Assembly: GCF_051860625.1 (NCBI RefSeq)
Contig: NZ_JBHYDQ010000016.1
Coordinates: 4,156 to 68,155, forward strand
DNA: 64,000 nt
Source of the DNA: Sandarakinorhabdus sp.
Lineage (GTDB): Bacteria; Pseudomonadota; Alphaproteobacteria; Sphingomonadales; Sphingomonadaceae
Direction: 5' to 3'
In this document: positions 53,628 to 64,000 of the stretch, in pieces
Layout: each line of letters starts with the position of its first letter
How positions within the stretch are numbered: position 1 is the first letter of the stretch
The notes under the pieces: generated by a model
Database searches by the model: none
What the model was told of the DNA's origin: nothing
Seen by the model: only the letters and a program-made list of their open reading frames with translations
Program-made: the position numbers and the translations under genes

Positions 53628-53927
53628 TCAGCCCAGGATGCTGCCGAGCGACATGGCGACCGACATGTCGCCTTCGATCTTCAGCTTGCCCATCATGAAC
53701 GCCATCTGGGCATTCTGCTTGCCGGTGGCGATTTCCATGAAATCGGCCATGGTCACCTTGATGGTGCAGGCAGTGGGGCCGTCTTCGTTGCTCACAACGA
53801 CCGGGCTCACCGTGTCGTCGATGCGCACCAAGCCATCGCTGCCGAAATCAAACTTCACCGACTTCTTGAATTGGCCACCATCGCCCATGCGGGTGGTCAT
53901 CTGTTCGGTAATCTGTTCCAGGCTCAT
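53628..53927 (-). CDS. SCP2 sterol-binding domain protein
   Basis: 99 aa. TMADFMEIATGKQNAQMAFMMGKLKIEGDMSVAMSL is a classic SCP-2 C-terminus. Confidence 0.8.
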   Translation of the reverse strand: MSLEQITEQMTTRMGDGGQFKKSVKFDFGSDGLVRIDDTVSPVVVSNEDGPTACTIKVTMADFMEIATGKQNAQMAFMMGKLKIEGDMSVAMSLGSILG

Positions 53928-53943
53928 TTGTTATCCTTTGCAA

Positions 53944-53976
53944 AGAAAAAGGGCCGCCCCGGCTGGGACGGCCCTT
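53944..53976 (-). terminator. rho-independent terminator
   Basis: The - strand reads AAGGGCCG-loop-CGGCCCTT followed by a T-run. Confidence 0.55.
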
Positions 53977-54005
53977 CCTAAAGCAATTTGCCAAAAAAGG
54001 CGAAA

Positions 54006-54242
54006 TTACTGAGCTTCAGCCGGCGGCGCGTCGGTGGCCGGAGCCATCGCATCGGCCGGGGCCATCGCGTCAGCAGCCGGTTCAGCTTCGGTGGTGGCGG
54101 CGTCGGGCGCCATGGCTTCTTCAGCCGGAGCTTCGGTGGTGGCCGGAGCGGCTTCTTCAGCCTTCTTTTCGCCGCAAGCAACGACGAGCAGAGCGGCGCC
54201 GGCAATGATGGAGGCAGTCTTCAGCTTTTCGACGATGTTCAT
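54006..54242 (-). CDS. small Ala/Pro/Glu-rich lipoprotein
   Basis: ATG 54242 (MNIVEKLKTASIIAGAALLVVAC). Lipobox LVVAC. Confidence 0.55.
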   Translation of the reverse strand: MNIVEKLKTASIIAGAALLVVACGEKKAEEAAPATTEAPAEEAMAPDAATTEAEPAADAMAPADAMAPATDAPPAEAQ

Positions 54243-54374
54243 GTTTAAAACTCCTTGGACGGTGTCGCCTGAACCCAGGACGAGTTGGGTCGGCACGGCC
54301 TTAATCCCCCAACTGAGGTATGCATTAGCGATGCCGAAGAAATCCTGCAAGAGTGACGTTCGTTCATGCAAGGG

Positions 54375-55007
54375 TCATGCGACGAGCCGTGCCAGCATTG
54401 CCGGCAGCATGCACCACATCGCCTCGTCTAGGGCATCCATATCAGCCTGACAACCGTAGGCGGCCAGGCTGGTGACCGGTTCGGCAAGGCCGCAGGGCAC
54501 GATCCCGCCGAAATCAGCCATTTGCGGTGAAACGTTGATGGAAATGCCGTGCAGGGACACCCAGCGCTGCACGCGCACGCCGATGGCGGCGATCTTGGCG
54601 GGGCCGGCGGACGTATCCACCCACACGCCGATCTTGCCGGCAATGGCGCGCGCCGGCACCCCCAGATCGGCGAGTACGTCAATTATCCACCGCTCCAGCG
54701 CGGCGACGTAGCAGCGCACATCGCGGCCCCGCGCTGCCAGATCGAGCATGACATAGGCCACGCGCTGACCGGGACCGTGGTAGGTGTAGCGACCGCCGCG
54801 ACCCGCCGCGAACACCGGATAGCGCGTGGGATCAAGCAGTTCGGCCGGATCAGCGCTGGTACCGGCGGTGTAGAGCGGTGGGTGTTCCACCAGCCAGATC
54901 CGTTCCGATTCGGTGCCGCCACGGATACCGGCGGCGATGGCCTGCATGCGGGCCAGCGCCGCCGGATAGTCGGTCAGGCCCGGCGATACCTCCCAGACCG
55001 GGTTCAC
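54375..55007 (-). CDS. lipB: octanoyltransferase
   Basis: [34 protein letters not shown] motifs. Start set to GTG 55007, which overlaps the upstream stop (GTGA). Confidence 0.85.
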   Translation of the reverse strand: MNPVWEVSPGLTDYPAALARMQAIAAGIRGGTESERIWLVEHPPLYTAGTSADPAELLDPTRYPVFAAGRGGRYTYHGPGQRVAYVMLDLAARGRDVRCYVAALERWIIDVLADLGVPARAIAGKIGVWVDTSAGPAKIAAIGVRVQRWVSLHGISINVSPQMADFGGIVPCGLAEPVTSLAAYGCQADMDALDEAMWCMLPAMLARLVA

Positions 55008-56140
55008 AGGCCGGCAGCGAAGGCGCGCAGATCGGCCAGAAACAGCTCTGGCTCTTCCAGGCTGGCGAAATGGCCGCCGCGCGGCATCGTCGTCCAATGC
55101 GCGACATTATAGCCACGCTCGACCATGGCGCGCGGCGGAAAGGCGAGCAGGTCGCGCGGGAAGGCGGCGACGCCGGTGGGCACCGTCACGCGGCTGCCGG
55201 CCGGCATCGCAAAGCCGCCTTCCAGGAACATGCCGCGATAGATCCACGTCGCGGTGAGGAAGCTGCGCGTGGTCAGGTAGATCATGATGTTGGTGAGCAA
55301 CTGGTCCATGGTGAACGGCGGATCGGTGTAATCGCCGGTCACGTCGCTCCAGCCGACGAACTTCTCGGCAAACCAGGCAGCGACGCCCATGGGGGAATCC
55401 ATCATCGCAAAGCCCAGGCTCTGCGGTTTGGTGCCCTGCAATTGCAGATAGGCGGTTTCGGTGTCGCGCACCGCCACGGCCTTGCCCAGCCAGGCAGCTT
55501 CTTCGGGGGTTTTTGGCGCCATGTCGGCGGGGCGCAGGCCGAAGCCGTTGAGGTGGATGGCATCCACCCGTGCCGAATCGAGGCCGATCCAGCCGCCGAT
55601 CACGCAGCCCCAATCGCCGCCCTGATAGAGGTAGCGATCATAACCCAGCGCCGGCATCAGCGCGTCATAACGGCGGGCGACTTCGCGCGGGCCGATCGGG
55701 GCTGATGGCCGGTCTGACCAGGCATAGCCGGGCAGCGATGGCGCCACGACATGGAAGGCCGGCGCCGTGGGGTCTTCCGGTTCGGCCAGCCGTTCGATGA
55801 TGGCGTCGAACTCCAGGATAGAGCCTGGCCAGCCATGCGCGATCAGCAGGGGGCGCGCGTCTGCCCGGCTCGATCGCAGATGCACGGCATGGAGGTGGAA
55901 CGGCTGACCGCCGTCTTCGCACACCGGCACCCGCACGTGCGGCAGGCGATTGAGATGCGCGACGGCGGCGGGCCAATCAAAGCGCTCCAGCCAGTGCGCC
56001 TGCAATCGCTGCATGTAATCGCGGTTGGCGCCGTGCTTCCAGCCGGCATTCGGCGGTTCTTCGAACCAACGATAGGCTGCGACGCGGTCGCGCACCCATG
56101 CGGCTTCGGTTTCGTGCAACGGGATGGTGAACGGGCTCAT
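55004..56140 (-). CDS. epoxide hydrolase (EHN N-terminal domain plus alpha/beta hydrolase)
   Basis: [11 protein letters not shown]...HGWPGS ... GGDWG motifs. Confidence 0.8.
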   Translation of the reverse strand: MSPFTIPLHETEAAWVRDRVAAYRWFEEPPNAGWKHGANRDYMQRLQAHWLERFDWPAAVAHLNRLPHVRVPVCEDGGQPFHLHAVHLRSSRADARPLLIAHGWPGSILEFDAIIERLAEPEDPTAPAFHVVAPSLPGYAWSDRPSAPIGPREVARRYDALMPALGYDRYLYQGGDWGCVIGGWIGLDSARVDAIHLNGFGLRPADMAPKTPEEAAWLGKAVAVRDTETAYLQLQGTKPQSLGFAMMDSPMGVAAWFAEKFVGWSDVTGDYTDPPFTMDQLLTNIMIYLTTRSFLTATWIYRGMFLEGGFAMPAGSRVTVPTGVAAFPRDLLAFPPRAMVERGYNVAHWTTMPRGGHFASLEEPELFLADLRAFAAGL

Positions 56141-57774
56141 GCGGCGAGACCCAGCTTGCGTTCCAGCCTGGTGCGGGCCGCGATGATGTCGGCGGCCTTT
56201 TCGGCGATCATGATGGTGGGCGCGTTGGTGTTGCCCGACACCAGGAACGGCATCACGCTGGCATCGATCACCCGCAGCCCCTCCACGCCGTTGACGCGGA
56301 GCTGGCCGTCGACAACGGCGGTGTCGTCCACGCCCATCCGGCAGGTGCCGACCGGGTGATAGATGGTCTCCGCCCAGCCGCGCAGCTTGGCCAGCAGCGC
56401 GTCGCGGGTGGTCACGTCGGGCCCCGGCCAGTACTCGCCGGCATTATAGGCGGCCAGCGCCGGCTGTCCGCCGATGGCCCTCGCCATCTCGACGCCGCGG
56501 GTCAGCGTTTCGACATCTTCGGGCGCGCTCAGATAATTGGGGTCGATGGCCGGGTGGGCCAACGGATCGGGCGACTTCAGCCGGATGGTGCCGCGGCTTT
56601 CCGGGCGGAGCTGGCAGACGTGCACCTGATAACCATGGCGGGCGCCCAGCGTGCCGCGGCCATGCGGATTGCCGAGCACCGGCATGAAATGCATCTGGAT
56701 ATCGGGCGCCGCCAGCCCTTCGCGGGTGGAAAGGAACGCGCCCATCGGGGTGGGCATGTGCGCGCCATTGCCGGTGCGCGCCAAGGCCCATTTGCCGAGC
56801 GCCAGCATCTTGTTGATGAATTTCGAATTATTGTTCAGCGTGATCGGCTGGGTGCACAGCCACTGCACGATCACATCGAGGTGATCCTGCAGATTGCCGC
56901 CCACATCCGGCGCATCCACCACCACGTCGATGCCATGGTCGCGCAAGTGCGCGGCCGGGCCGATGCCCGAAAGCATCAGCAGTTGCGGGCTGTTGACCGC
57001 GCCACCGCACAGGATGATCTCGCGTCCCATCGCGCGCTGCTGGCTGCCGGCCTGACTGTAATCCACGCCGACCGCGCGCTTGCCTTCGAAGATCACGCGC
57101 TGCGCCTGCACGCCGGTCAGGATGGTCAGGTTCGGCCGCTTGCGCACTTCGGCGGTCAGATAGGCCTTGGCGGCCGAGAAGCGCTCGCCATCCTTGATGG
57201 TGGCATCATATTGGCCAACGCCTTCGAACTGCGGCCCGTTGAAATCATCGGTGCGGGGGTATCCGGCCTGCACGCCGGCTTCGACAAAGGCCGCGTTCAG
57301 CGTGTGCGGCAGCGCGCCCTTGCGGCTGGTGTGCAAGGGGCCGCCGACCCCATGAAATTCATCCGATCCACGCTCGCTGTCTTCGGCCTTGCGGAAATAG
57401 GGCAGCACATCGTCCCAGCCCCAGCCGGTCAGGCCAAGTTGTGACCAGCGGTTATAGTCGCTGGCATGGCCGCGGATATAGACCATGCCGTTGATCGACG
57501 ACGACCCGCCCAGCGCCCGCCCACGCGGCCAATAGAGCGGGCGGTTGTCGAGATGCTGCTGCGGCTCGGTCCAGAAACCCCAATCATAGGGGCTGGTCTT
57601 TTCCGGCGGAATGATCTGGGCAATGCCGGCTGGCATCTGGATCAGCATGTTGTTGTCGTTGCCGCCGGCCTCCAGCAGTGCGACGCGGGTGCCGGCATCG
57701 GCCGACAGGCGATTGGCCAGCGCACAACCGGCAGAGCCAGCGCCGACGATGATGAAATCATAAGGTTCGCCCAT
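56137..57774 (-). CDS. GMC-family FAD oxidoreductase (choline dehydrogenase-like)
   Basis: [20 protein letters not shown] ... [11 protein letters not shown] ... HPVGTCRMG. Confidence 0.85.
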   Translation of the reverse strand: MGEPYDFIIVGAGSAGCALANRLSADAGTRVALLEAGGNDNNMLIQMPAGIAQIIPPEKTSPYDWGFWTEPQQHLDNRPLYWPRGRALGGSSSINGMVYIRGHASDYNRWSQLGLTGWGWDDVLPYFRKAEDSERGSDEFHGVGGPLHTSRKGALPHTLNAAFVEAGVQAGYPRTDDFNGPQFEGVGQYDATIKDGERFSAAKAYLTAEVRKRPNLTILTGVQAQRVIFEGKRAVGVDYSQAGSQQRAMGREIILCGGAVNSPQLLMLSGIGPAAHLRDHGIDVVVDAPDVGGNLQDHLDVIVQWLCTQPITLNNNSKFINKMLALGKWALARTGNGAHMPTPMGAFLSTREGLAAPDIQMHFMPVLGNPHGRGTLGARHGYQVHVCQLRPESRGTIRLKSPDPLAHPAIDPNYLSAPEDVETLTRGVEMARAIGGQPALAAYNAGEYWPGPDVTTRDALLAKLRGWAETIYHPVGTCRMGVDDTAVVDGQLRVNGVEGLRVIDASVMPFLVSGNTNAPTIMIAEKAADIIAARTRLERKLGLAA

Positions 57775-57902
57775 GGCGAAAACTCCCAGTGTTACGGTGC
57801 GCTACGCTATCCCGGCTCGGGGTGCTGCGCAAACCGGCAGCTTGGGGAGGGGGATTGGTTCTTCGGCCGGCGCTGCGGATGCTGGCGGCGATGGCGGGAC
57901 GG

Positions 57903-58568
57903 TCAGGCCAGCGCCATCAGGGCGGCTTCGAACAGGCGGCGGCCGTCGGTGCCGCCCTGTTCGGCTTCGATCACGCGTTCGGGATGGGGCATCATGCCGA
58001 GCACATTGCCGGCATCATTGAGGATGCCGGCAATATCGCGCGCCGAGCCATTGACGGGTTCGGCATAGCGCAGGGCGACGCGGCCTTCGGATTCCAGCCG
58101 GTCGAGCGTGGCCGTATCGGCCACATAATTGCCATCGTGATGGGCGACCGGGATGGTGATGGTTTCCCCGGCGCTGTAGTGGCTGGTGAAGATCGACTGG
58201 TTGTTGGCTACCGTCAGCGCCACCGGGCGGCAGACGAAATTCAGGCCAGCGTTGCGCATCAGCGCGCCGGGCAGCAGGCCGGCTTCGGTGAGCACCTGGA
58301 ACCCGTTGCAGATGCCGAGCACGGCGCGGCCCTGGCCGGCGGCGGTGATGACGGCCTGCATGACCGGTGAGCGGGCGGCCATGGCGCCGGAGCGCAGATA
58401 ATCGCCATAGGAAAAGCCGCCGGGGATGCCGATGAAATCCAGGCCATCGGGCAGTGCGGTTTCGCGGTGCCAGATCATGGCCGGTGCCCGGCCGCTCACC
58501 TTGGTGATGGCGTCGGCCAGATCGCGGTCGCAGTTGGAGCCGGGGAAGACGATGACGGCGGCCTTCAC
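57903..58568 (-). CDS. purQ: phosphoribosylformylglycinamidine synthase, glutaminase subunit
   Basis: [12 protein letters not shown] ... GICNGFQ ... MPHPER. Confidence 0.9.
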   Translation of the reverse strand: MKAAVIVFPGSNCDRDLADAITKVSGRAPAMIWHRETALPDGLDFIGIPGGFSYGDYLRSGAMAARSPVMQAVITAAGQGRAVLGICNGFQVLTEAGLLPGALMRNAGLNFVCRPVALTVANNQSIFTSHYSAGETITIPVAHHDGNYVADTATLDRLESEGRVALRYAEPVNGSARDIAGILNDAGNVLGMMPHPERVIEAEQGGTDGRRLFEAALMALA

Positions 58569-58795
58569 GGCATGTCGATCCGGAAATTCTCGATCACCGT
58601 GTTGGCCAGCAATTGCCGGGCCATGGCTTCGACCGTCTCGCGGGCCGTGCCGTCGGCCAGTTCCAGTTCGATGATCTTGCCGGCGCGCGCCGCGGTGACG
58701 CCGTCGAAGCCGAGGCCGTGCAGGGCCGCTTCGATGGCCCGGCCCTGCGGGTCGAGCACGCCATTTTTCAGGGTGACGGTGACGGTGACTTTCAT
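58565..58795 (-). CDS. purS: phosphoribosylformylglycinamidine synthase subunit PurS
   Basis: ATG 58795 ([22 protein letters not shown]). 4-nt overlap with purQ. Confidence 0.9.
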   Translation of the reverse strand: MKVTVTVTLKNGVLDPQGRAIEAALHGLGFDGVTAARAGKIIELELADGTARETVEAMARQLLANTVIENFRIDMP

Positions 58796-58856
58796 GGGCG
58801 GGGCTCTACGCTTCTGGCGCGAACGCTGCAAGCCGGAGGAGAGGCCGGGGGTGGGA

Positions 58857-60398
58857 TTAGCCGAGCAGGACGACCGCCGCGGCGCCGATGCCGGCGGCCA
58901 GCAGCAGCCAGGGTGTGGACCATCCTGCACCGCTGCGCGTCGGCAGGGGCGGCAAGGGCGGCTGCGGCGGCGCGGCGCCGGGCATCGGGTTGGCCGCGAC
59001 CCATTGCCGGAAAATGCGCGGCAACTGGTTCAGCGCGCGCATGTTGAGCACCAGCGTATCCGCGATCAGCGCTTCGGGGCCCATTTCGTCGCGCACCCAG
59101 TCGCGCACATAAGGTTCGGCGACTTCCCACATGTTCACCTGGGGATCGATGGTCAGCGCGACGCCTTCCACCATCACCATGGTCTTCTGCAGCAACAACA
59201 GGTGCGGCTGCACCGGCATGTCGAAGCTGCGGGTGATGGAGAACAGGCCCTCCAGCAGCCCGGTGATGGCAATATCCTTGGCCTGGCGGCCGCGGATCGG
59301 TTCACCCACGGCGCGCAAGGCGGTGGCAAAGGCCGCCGGGTTGTGATGCGGCGGCACATAACCGGCCTCGAAATGAATTTCGGCGACGCGGGCATAATTG
59401 CCGGTCACGAGGCCGTGCAGGATTTCCGCCAGATAGAGGCGAGCACGGCGGTTGATGCGGCCGACAATGCCGAAATCGATGACGCCGATGCGGGCATGGT
59501 CGTTCGGGCCGGCCGGCGGGATGATGAACAGATTGCCCTGGTGCAGATCGGCGTGGAAAAAGCCCTTGGCGATGGCCTGGGCCAGAAAGCCGTGCACCAG
59601 CACCCGCGCCAGATGCTTGCGATCGATATCCAGCGCCGCCATGGCGGCCCGATCCGACACTTTGGTGCCGTTGATCCAGTCGATCACCAGCATCTTGCGG
59701 GTCGATCGCTGCCAATCCACCGCCGGCACCACGAAATCGGCTTCACCGGCCAGGATTTCACCGACCTCGGAACAATTGGCGGCTTCGCGGCGCAGATCAA
59801 GCTCGGCTTCGATCCAGCTCTTGAAGGTGGCGATGATGGCGCGCGGCCGCAGGCGGGCAAATTCGCCGCCAAGGGTTTCAAGATGACCGGCGGCCCATTC
59901 ATAGGTTTTCAGCGCCGAGGACACATCGGCTTCGATGCCGGGGCGCAGCAGCTTGATGGCGACGTGACGCCCGTCGCTGGTGATGCCGCGATGCACCTGG
60001 GCGATCGAGGCAGCGCCGACCGCGTCTGGCTCGATGCTGAGGAACTTGTCCTGCCATTTGCCGCCACAGGCCGCGTTGATCTGGGCTTCCACCTCGCTGA
60101 ACGGCACCGGCGGCAGATTGTCCTGCAGGCGCGCGAGATCGGCGGCGGCGTCCAGCCCGATCAGATCGGGGCGGGTGGCCAGTGCCTGGCCCAGCTTGAT
60201 GGCGGCCGGGCCAACGGCCGCAAGTCCGCCGGCAAAATCCGGTGTGGTCGGCGCACCGCTGCCAAGGCGGGCAACGTGCGCCACCAGCCGGATGGGCAGC
60301 GGCAGCCGCGCATCCTCGAAGGGGCGCAACGCACCATGGCGTGCCATGCGCCGGCCCCACACCAGAAGCCGGCTGAGATGCCGGATGGCCATCAGCAT
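58857..60398 (-). CDS. ubiB: ubiquinone biosynthesis protein kinase-like UbiB (ABC1 family)
   Basis: GPAAIKLGQALATRPDL ... ASIAQVH ... HADLHQGN. Follows ubiE. Confidence 0.9.
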   Translation of the reverse strand: MLMAIRHLSRLLVWGRRMARHGALRPFEDARLPLPIRLVAHVARLGSGAPTTPDFAGGLAAVGPAAIKLGQALATRPDLIGLDAAADLARLQDNLPPVPFSEVEAQINAACGGKWQDKFLSIEPDAVGAASIAQVHRGITSDGRHVAIKLLRPGIEADVSSALKTYEWAAGHLETLGGEFARLRPRAIIATFKSWIEAELDLRREAANCSEVGEILAGEADFVVPAVDWQRSTRKMLVIDWINGTKVSDRAAMAALDIDRKHLARVLVHGFLAQAIAKGFFHADLHQGNLFIIPPAGPNDHARIGVIDFGIVGRINRRARLYLAEILHGLVTGNYARVAEIHFEAGYVPPHHNPAAFATALRAVGEPIRGRQAKDIAITGLLEGLFSITRSFDMPVQPHLLLLQKTMVMVEGVALTIDPQVNMWEVAEPYVRDWVRDEMGPEALIADTLVLNMRALNQLPRIFRQWVAANPMPGAAPPQPPLPPLPTRSGAGWSTPWLLLAAGIGAAAVVLLG

Positions 60399-60405
60399 GT
60401 TATGA

Positions 60406-61137
60406 TCAAATCTTCCAGCCGCTGTGGATGGCCACCGCACCACCCAGGATCGGGCGCACCTTCACGTTGCTGAAGCCGGCGCGGCCGATCATCGCGGCAA
60501 ATTCCGGCATCCTGGGGAAACGGCGGATGGATTCAATCAAATAGCGGTAGCTGTCGCCATCCTTGGCGACGATCTCGCCGATGCGCGGCACCAGTTTTTC
60601 GGAATAGACGTCGTAGAGATCGGCAAAGCCGGGCCAGGTGGTGGTGGAAAATTCCAGGCAGAAAAACCGCCCGCCAAAGCGCAGCACGCGGTGGGCTTCG
60701 GCCAGCGCGGCGGGAATGTCGGTGACGTTGCGGATGCCGAAGGCGATCGTGTAGGCATCGAAGCTGCGGTCGGGGAAATCCAGCGTTTCCGCATTCTGCT
60801 CGCGCCAGATCAGGCTGGTCAGGCCTTGTGCGGCGGCGCGCTCCATGCCGACTTCCAGCATGGCCGCGTTGATATCCGCCACGGTCACGTTGGCGCCGGA
60901 TTTTTCCAGCCGAAACGCGATGTCGCCAGTGCCGCCGGCCATGTCGAGGATATCCTCCCCGGCGCGCGGGGCCACCAGGCGGACGAAATCATCCTTCCAC
61001 AGCCGGTGCATGCCGGCCGACATCAGATCGTTCATGATGTCATAGCGCTTGGCGACCGAGCGGAAGACTTCGCCCACCCGCCGGGTCTTTTCTGCCGGGG
61101 CAACCTCTTCATAGCCGAAGCTGACGGTCTCGCTCAT
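60406..61137 (-). CDS. ubiE: demethylmenaquinone/ubiquinone C-methyltransferase
   Basis: ATG 61137. YDIMNDLMSAGMHRLWK and DMAGGTGD SAM motif. Confidence 0.9.
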   Translation of the reverse strand: MSETVSFGYEEVAPAEKTRRVGEVFRSVAKRYDIMNDLMSAGMHRLWKDDFVRLVAPRAGEDILDMAGGTGDIAFRLEKSGANVTVADINAAMLEVGMERAAAQGLTSLIWREQNAETLDFPDRSFDAYTIAFGIRNVTDIPAALAEAHRVLRFGGRFFCLEFSTTTWPGFADLYDVYSEKLVPRIGEIVAKDGDSYRYLIESIRRFPRMPEFAAMIGRAGFSNVKVRPILGGAVAIHSGWKI

Positions 61138-61208
61138 CACCTGTCCTTTTCGCAGTCGCCAGTTAGCCGAGGCTTGGCGGCCATGCAAACGCCGCCTATG
61201 TCGCGGGG

Positions 61209-62036
61209 ATGCCCGAGTTGCCCGAAGTTGAAACCGTGATGCGCGGGCTGGAGCCGGTGTGGCAAGGGCAGGTGTTCACCCGCGTTGTCGCCCATCGTCC
61301 CGATCTGCGCCGCCCCTTGCCGGAAGGCCTGGGACAGCGGCTGACCGGCGCGACCGTGGTGCGGCTGGGCCGGCGCGCCAAATATGGGCTGATCGAAACC
61401 GATCGCGGCGATACGCTGGTGCTGCATCTCGGCATGTCGGGACGGATGCGGGTCGATCCCGCCGACATCGGCAAGCATGATCATGTCGTGTTTGAAACCG
61501 GCAATGGCCGCGTGGTGGCGTTCAATGATGCGCGGCGCTTTGGCAGCCTTGATCTGGTGGCGACGGCGCAGGCCGACCAGCATCCGCTGCTGGCCAGCAT
61601 CGGCCCGGAGCCGCTGGGGCCGGATTTTGGCCTAGCGCTGCTGGCGCGCATGTTCGCCAATCGCCTGGCGCCGGCCAAGGCGCTGCTGCTCGATCAGCGG
61701 CTGATTGCCGGGCTGGGCAATATCTATGTGTGCGAGGCGCTGTACCGCGCCGGCATCCATCCCGAAACGCCGGGCGCGCTTGTGACGCCGGCGCAGGTGG
61801 CGCGGCTGGCGCCAGCGATCCCGGCAGTGTTGATGGAGGCCATCGCGGCTGGCGGATCGACCTTGCGTGATCATGCGGCGCCCGATGGCACGCTGGGCTA
61901 TTTCCAGAAGGATTTCGCGGTCTACGGCCGGGAGGGTGCCGACTGTGGCCTGTGTGCAACGCCGGTGGCGCGCATTGTGCAATCCGGCCGATCCAGCTTC
62001 TTCTGCCCGACCTGCCAGCCGGCCCCGCGCATTTGA
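61209..62036 (+). CDS. mutM: formamidopyrimidine-DNA glycosylase
   Basis: MPELPEVE N-terminus. C-terminal zinc finger CxxC...CPTCQ. Confidence 0.9.
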   Translation: MPELPEVETVMRGLEPVWQGQVFTRVVAHRPDLRRPLPEGLGQRLTGATVVRLGRRAKYGLIETDRGDTLVLHLGMSGRMRVDPADIGKHDHVVFETGNGRVVAFNDARRFGSLDLVATAQADQHPLLASIGPEPLGPDFGLALLARMFANRLAPAKALLLDQRLIAGLGNIYVCEALYRAGIHPETPGALVTPAQVARLAPAIPAVLMEAIAAGGSTLRDHAAPDGTLGYFQKDFAVYGREGADCGLCATPVARIVQSGRSSFFCPTCQPAPRI

Positions 62037-62185
62037 CGGCAGCGTGAATCGCTTGACGCTGCGGCGCGCCTCACCTAAAGCGCTCGGCTTCTGGCGTGCA
62101 CCCCAAGGTGAGCGCCCATGTAGTCTGTCCGGCAGGTTCCGGGCGATCACATGTCAGGCTCAACACATGATATTGCAGGACAACG

Positions 62186-62452
62186 ATGGCCAACACGCCC
62201 CAGGCTGAAAAGCGCATCCGCCGCAACGACCGCCGTGCCGCGATCAACAAGGCGCGCGTCAGCCGCATCCGCACCTTCGTCAAGAAGGTGGAATCGAGCC
62301 TGGCCGCCGGCGACGCCGCGGCTGCTGCCGAAGCCTTGAAGGCGGCCCAGCCCGAAATGATGCGCGGTGTGTCGAAGGGCGTGCTGCACAAGAACACGGT
62401 TGCCCGCAAGATCAGCCGGCTCGCCAGCCGCGTGAAGGCAATCTCGGCCTGA
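62186..62452 (+). CDS. rpsT: 30S ribosomal protein S20
   Basis: [30 protein letters not shown]. Confidence 0.95.
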   Translation: MANTPQAEKRIRRNDRRAAINKARVSRIRTFVKKVESSLAAGDAAAAAEALKAAQPEMMRGVSKGVLHKNTVARKISRLASRVKAISA

Positions 62453-62526
62453 GCCGCCGTTTGCAGGCTGCGCCTGTGATTGCTTGCTGATGGCTGCGCT
62501 TGCGACGGCCCGGATTATTCCTGCAG

Positions 62527-62563
62527 CAGGGCGCGCCCGACCGGTGCGCCCTGTTGTTGTTTG
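62527..62563 (+). terminator. rho-independent terminator of rpsT
   Basis: CAGGGCGC-loop-GCGCCCTG followed by TTGTTGTTTG. Confidence 0.65.
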
Positions 62564-63164
62564 CGACCCTCATTCGCGAGTCGCAACGGCCTTGCCGGCC
62601 TGGCGTGCGAGTCGCGGATAATTTTACGCCAATTTGGCTGCGCGACCCGGAACTATGCGGGAACGATGGTATAAGGCAGGGATATTCCCTCAGGCAAAAT
62701 CGATCCTGTTAACGCTTTGGTTGTCATCAAAGCGTCATTGCTTTGACACAAAAAATCCAATCACTTGGCCATTGGCACAACTTGGAACAGCGGCAGGGCT
62801 GGTTGCGATTCGGCGCATGATTCCAGATGCTTGAATGGCTGTCGAAGGAGAGCCTGTCACAGGGGTGTCAATCATTTTATTTGGGGCTGGATGCAAATTG
62901 GCTGCTTGCCGCCTCCCCGCCCGCTTGCTTAATTGAACCTCGGTTTGACCCGACCGGCGTTCCCAGCGCCACCAGGGCCAATCGCAGACAGATGAATGCC
63001 GGCTGTGCCCTGGTGTGGGCGCGGGTGCCTTTGTGCGCCCTCGCTGCGGGGCATGGTGCAGGGCGACGACGGACGATGAAACATCAGGGCACCCAGCCGG
63101 GTGCCTGGCAGCGCCGGGGGCGGCGGAAAGGTTGGAATACGTGTTGTCGTCGGTTGCATCAGTC

Positions 63165-64000
63165 ATGCCGGTTGAGGGTCCGGCGGGGCGCGAGCCGACC
63201 GCAATGGGTCTCGGCGGCGCTGCCGGGCCCGATCGCCCGGCGCGGGATCTCCAGGCCCGTGAACAATGGGTCCGGGTGCGCACCGCGCTGCGCCAGGATG
63301 CCGGTGATCACAGCTTTGATGCCTGGCTCGGGCCGCTGGCGCTGGTGTCCGCCGATGGTGACACGGTGCGCCTGGCCGCGCCGAGTGCCTTTGCTGCCGA
63401 TTGGGTGACCAGCCATTTTGCCGATCTGTTGCGCCGGCATTGGGCCGCCCAGCAGCCGGCTGTGCGCCGCGTGCTGGTCGAAACCGGCTGCGCAATGTCT
63501 GCTGCGTCCGCAGCTGCCGGCAAGCCCGCCATGCCCGGCCCCGCCACGCACAGCCCCGCCATGCCAGCTGTGGTGCGCCAGGCCGTGCCGATCGATGCCC
63601 GTTACAATTTCGACAATTTCGTCGTCGGCAAGTCGAACGAGCTGGCCTACAACGCGGCGCTGGCCATGGCCGAACCGGGCGCGCCGGGATTCAACCCGCT
63701 GTTCCTGCATGGCACCACCGGGCTGGGCAAGACCCACCTGATGCACGCCATCGGCAATATCTATCTGGCGCGTCACCCCGATGCCAGGGTTGCCTATCTG
63801 TCGGCGGAAAAGTTCATGGTCGAATTTCTGGCGGCGTTGCGCGCCAAGGACACGATCAGCTTCAAGCAGCGGCTGCGCTCGGTTGATCTGTTGATGATCG
63901 ATGATGTGCAGTTCATCGCCGGCAAGGAATCGACGCAGGAAGAATTTTTTCACACGATGAACGAGATCATCGGCGCTGGAAAACGCCTGGTGATCACGGC
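63165..64000 (+). CDS. dnaA: chromosomal replication initiator DnaA (5' part, runs off the window)
   Basis: My own translation of the frame from ATG 63165: ...YNFDNFVVGKSNELAYNAA...LFLHGTTGLGKTHLMHAIGN...IDDVQFIAGKESTQEEFFHTMNE. In-frame GTG 63141 or ATG 63204 are alternative starts. Absent from the ORF track because it has no stop. Confidence 0.9.
   Translation, partial: MPVEGPAGREPTAMGLGGAAGPDRPARDLQAREQWVRVRTALRQDAGDHSFDAWLGPLALVSADGDTVRLAAPSAFAADWVTSHFADLLRRHWAAQQPAVRRVLVETGCAMSAASAAAGKPAMPGPATHSPAMPAVVRQAVPIDARYNFDNFVVGKSNELAYNAALAMAEPGAPGFNPLFLHGTTGLGKTHLMHAIGNIYLARHPDARVAYLSAEKFMVEFLAALRAKDTISFKQRLRSVDLLMIDDVQFIAGKESTQEEFFHTMNEIIGAGKRLVIT

Noticed and set aside
62613-62940. Chromosomal origin (oriC) in the rpsT-dnaA spacer
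   Set aside because: I found only one 7/9 DnaA-box-like match, and no box cluster or clear AT-rich 13-mer repeats. In many alphaproteobacteria oriC lies near hemE rather than dnaA. I kept this only as a dnaA regulatory region.

Overview
High-GC (roughly two-thirds G+C by eye) alphaproteobacterial chromosome segment. The gene content suggests a sphingomonad-like organism: PEPxxWA-CTERM proteins, mutM/ubiE/ubiB/purSQ synteny and rpsT-dnaA adjacency. This taxonomic call is inference. Most of the window is ordinary housekeeping and envelope genes. These include secreted M24, M28 and M16 peptidases, two Cys-type sulfatases, purE/purK, purS/purQ, ubiE/ubiB, mutM, rpsT, the 5' part of dnaA, lipB, an OmpA-like porin, AmpG, MFS transporters and a haloalkane dehalogenase. 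The dominant feature is an RcGTA-type gene transfer agent (GTA) head-tail cluster at about 33.1-51.3 kb, running from small terminase to DUF2793, all on the + strand and heavily translationally coupled. It departs from the reference RcGTA architecture in three ways. (1) A 4.3-kb, six-ORF module sits between the capsid gene (g5) and the head-tail adaptor (g6); it includes a 905-aa protein with LamG-like and sialate-O-acetylesterase-like features and a small fiber-adaptor-like ORF. (2) The distal-tail g12 (DUF2460) has a 567-aa in-frame N-terminal extension, while g15 is only about 710 aa. (3) An extra 76-aa ORF lies between g7 and g8. This remodelled GTA is my best candidate for the undescribed system. 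Second in interest are two tandem PEPxxWA-CTERM paralogs. Each has a textbook sigma-54 promoter (TGGCAC-N5-TTGCA) and a conserved TGTAA-N8-TTACA inverted repeat at the same upstream distance. A small AT-rich islet (26.6-27.2 kb) encodes an orphan membrane zinc-ribbon protein. I recognised no tRNA, rRNA, CRISPR array, IS element or integrase. Many long ORFs in the track are antisense shadows of real genes, as expected at this GC content. All family assignments rest on motif recognition by eye; no HMM or BLAST search was possible.
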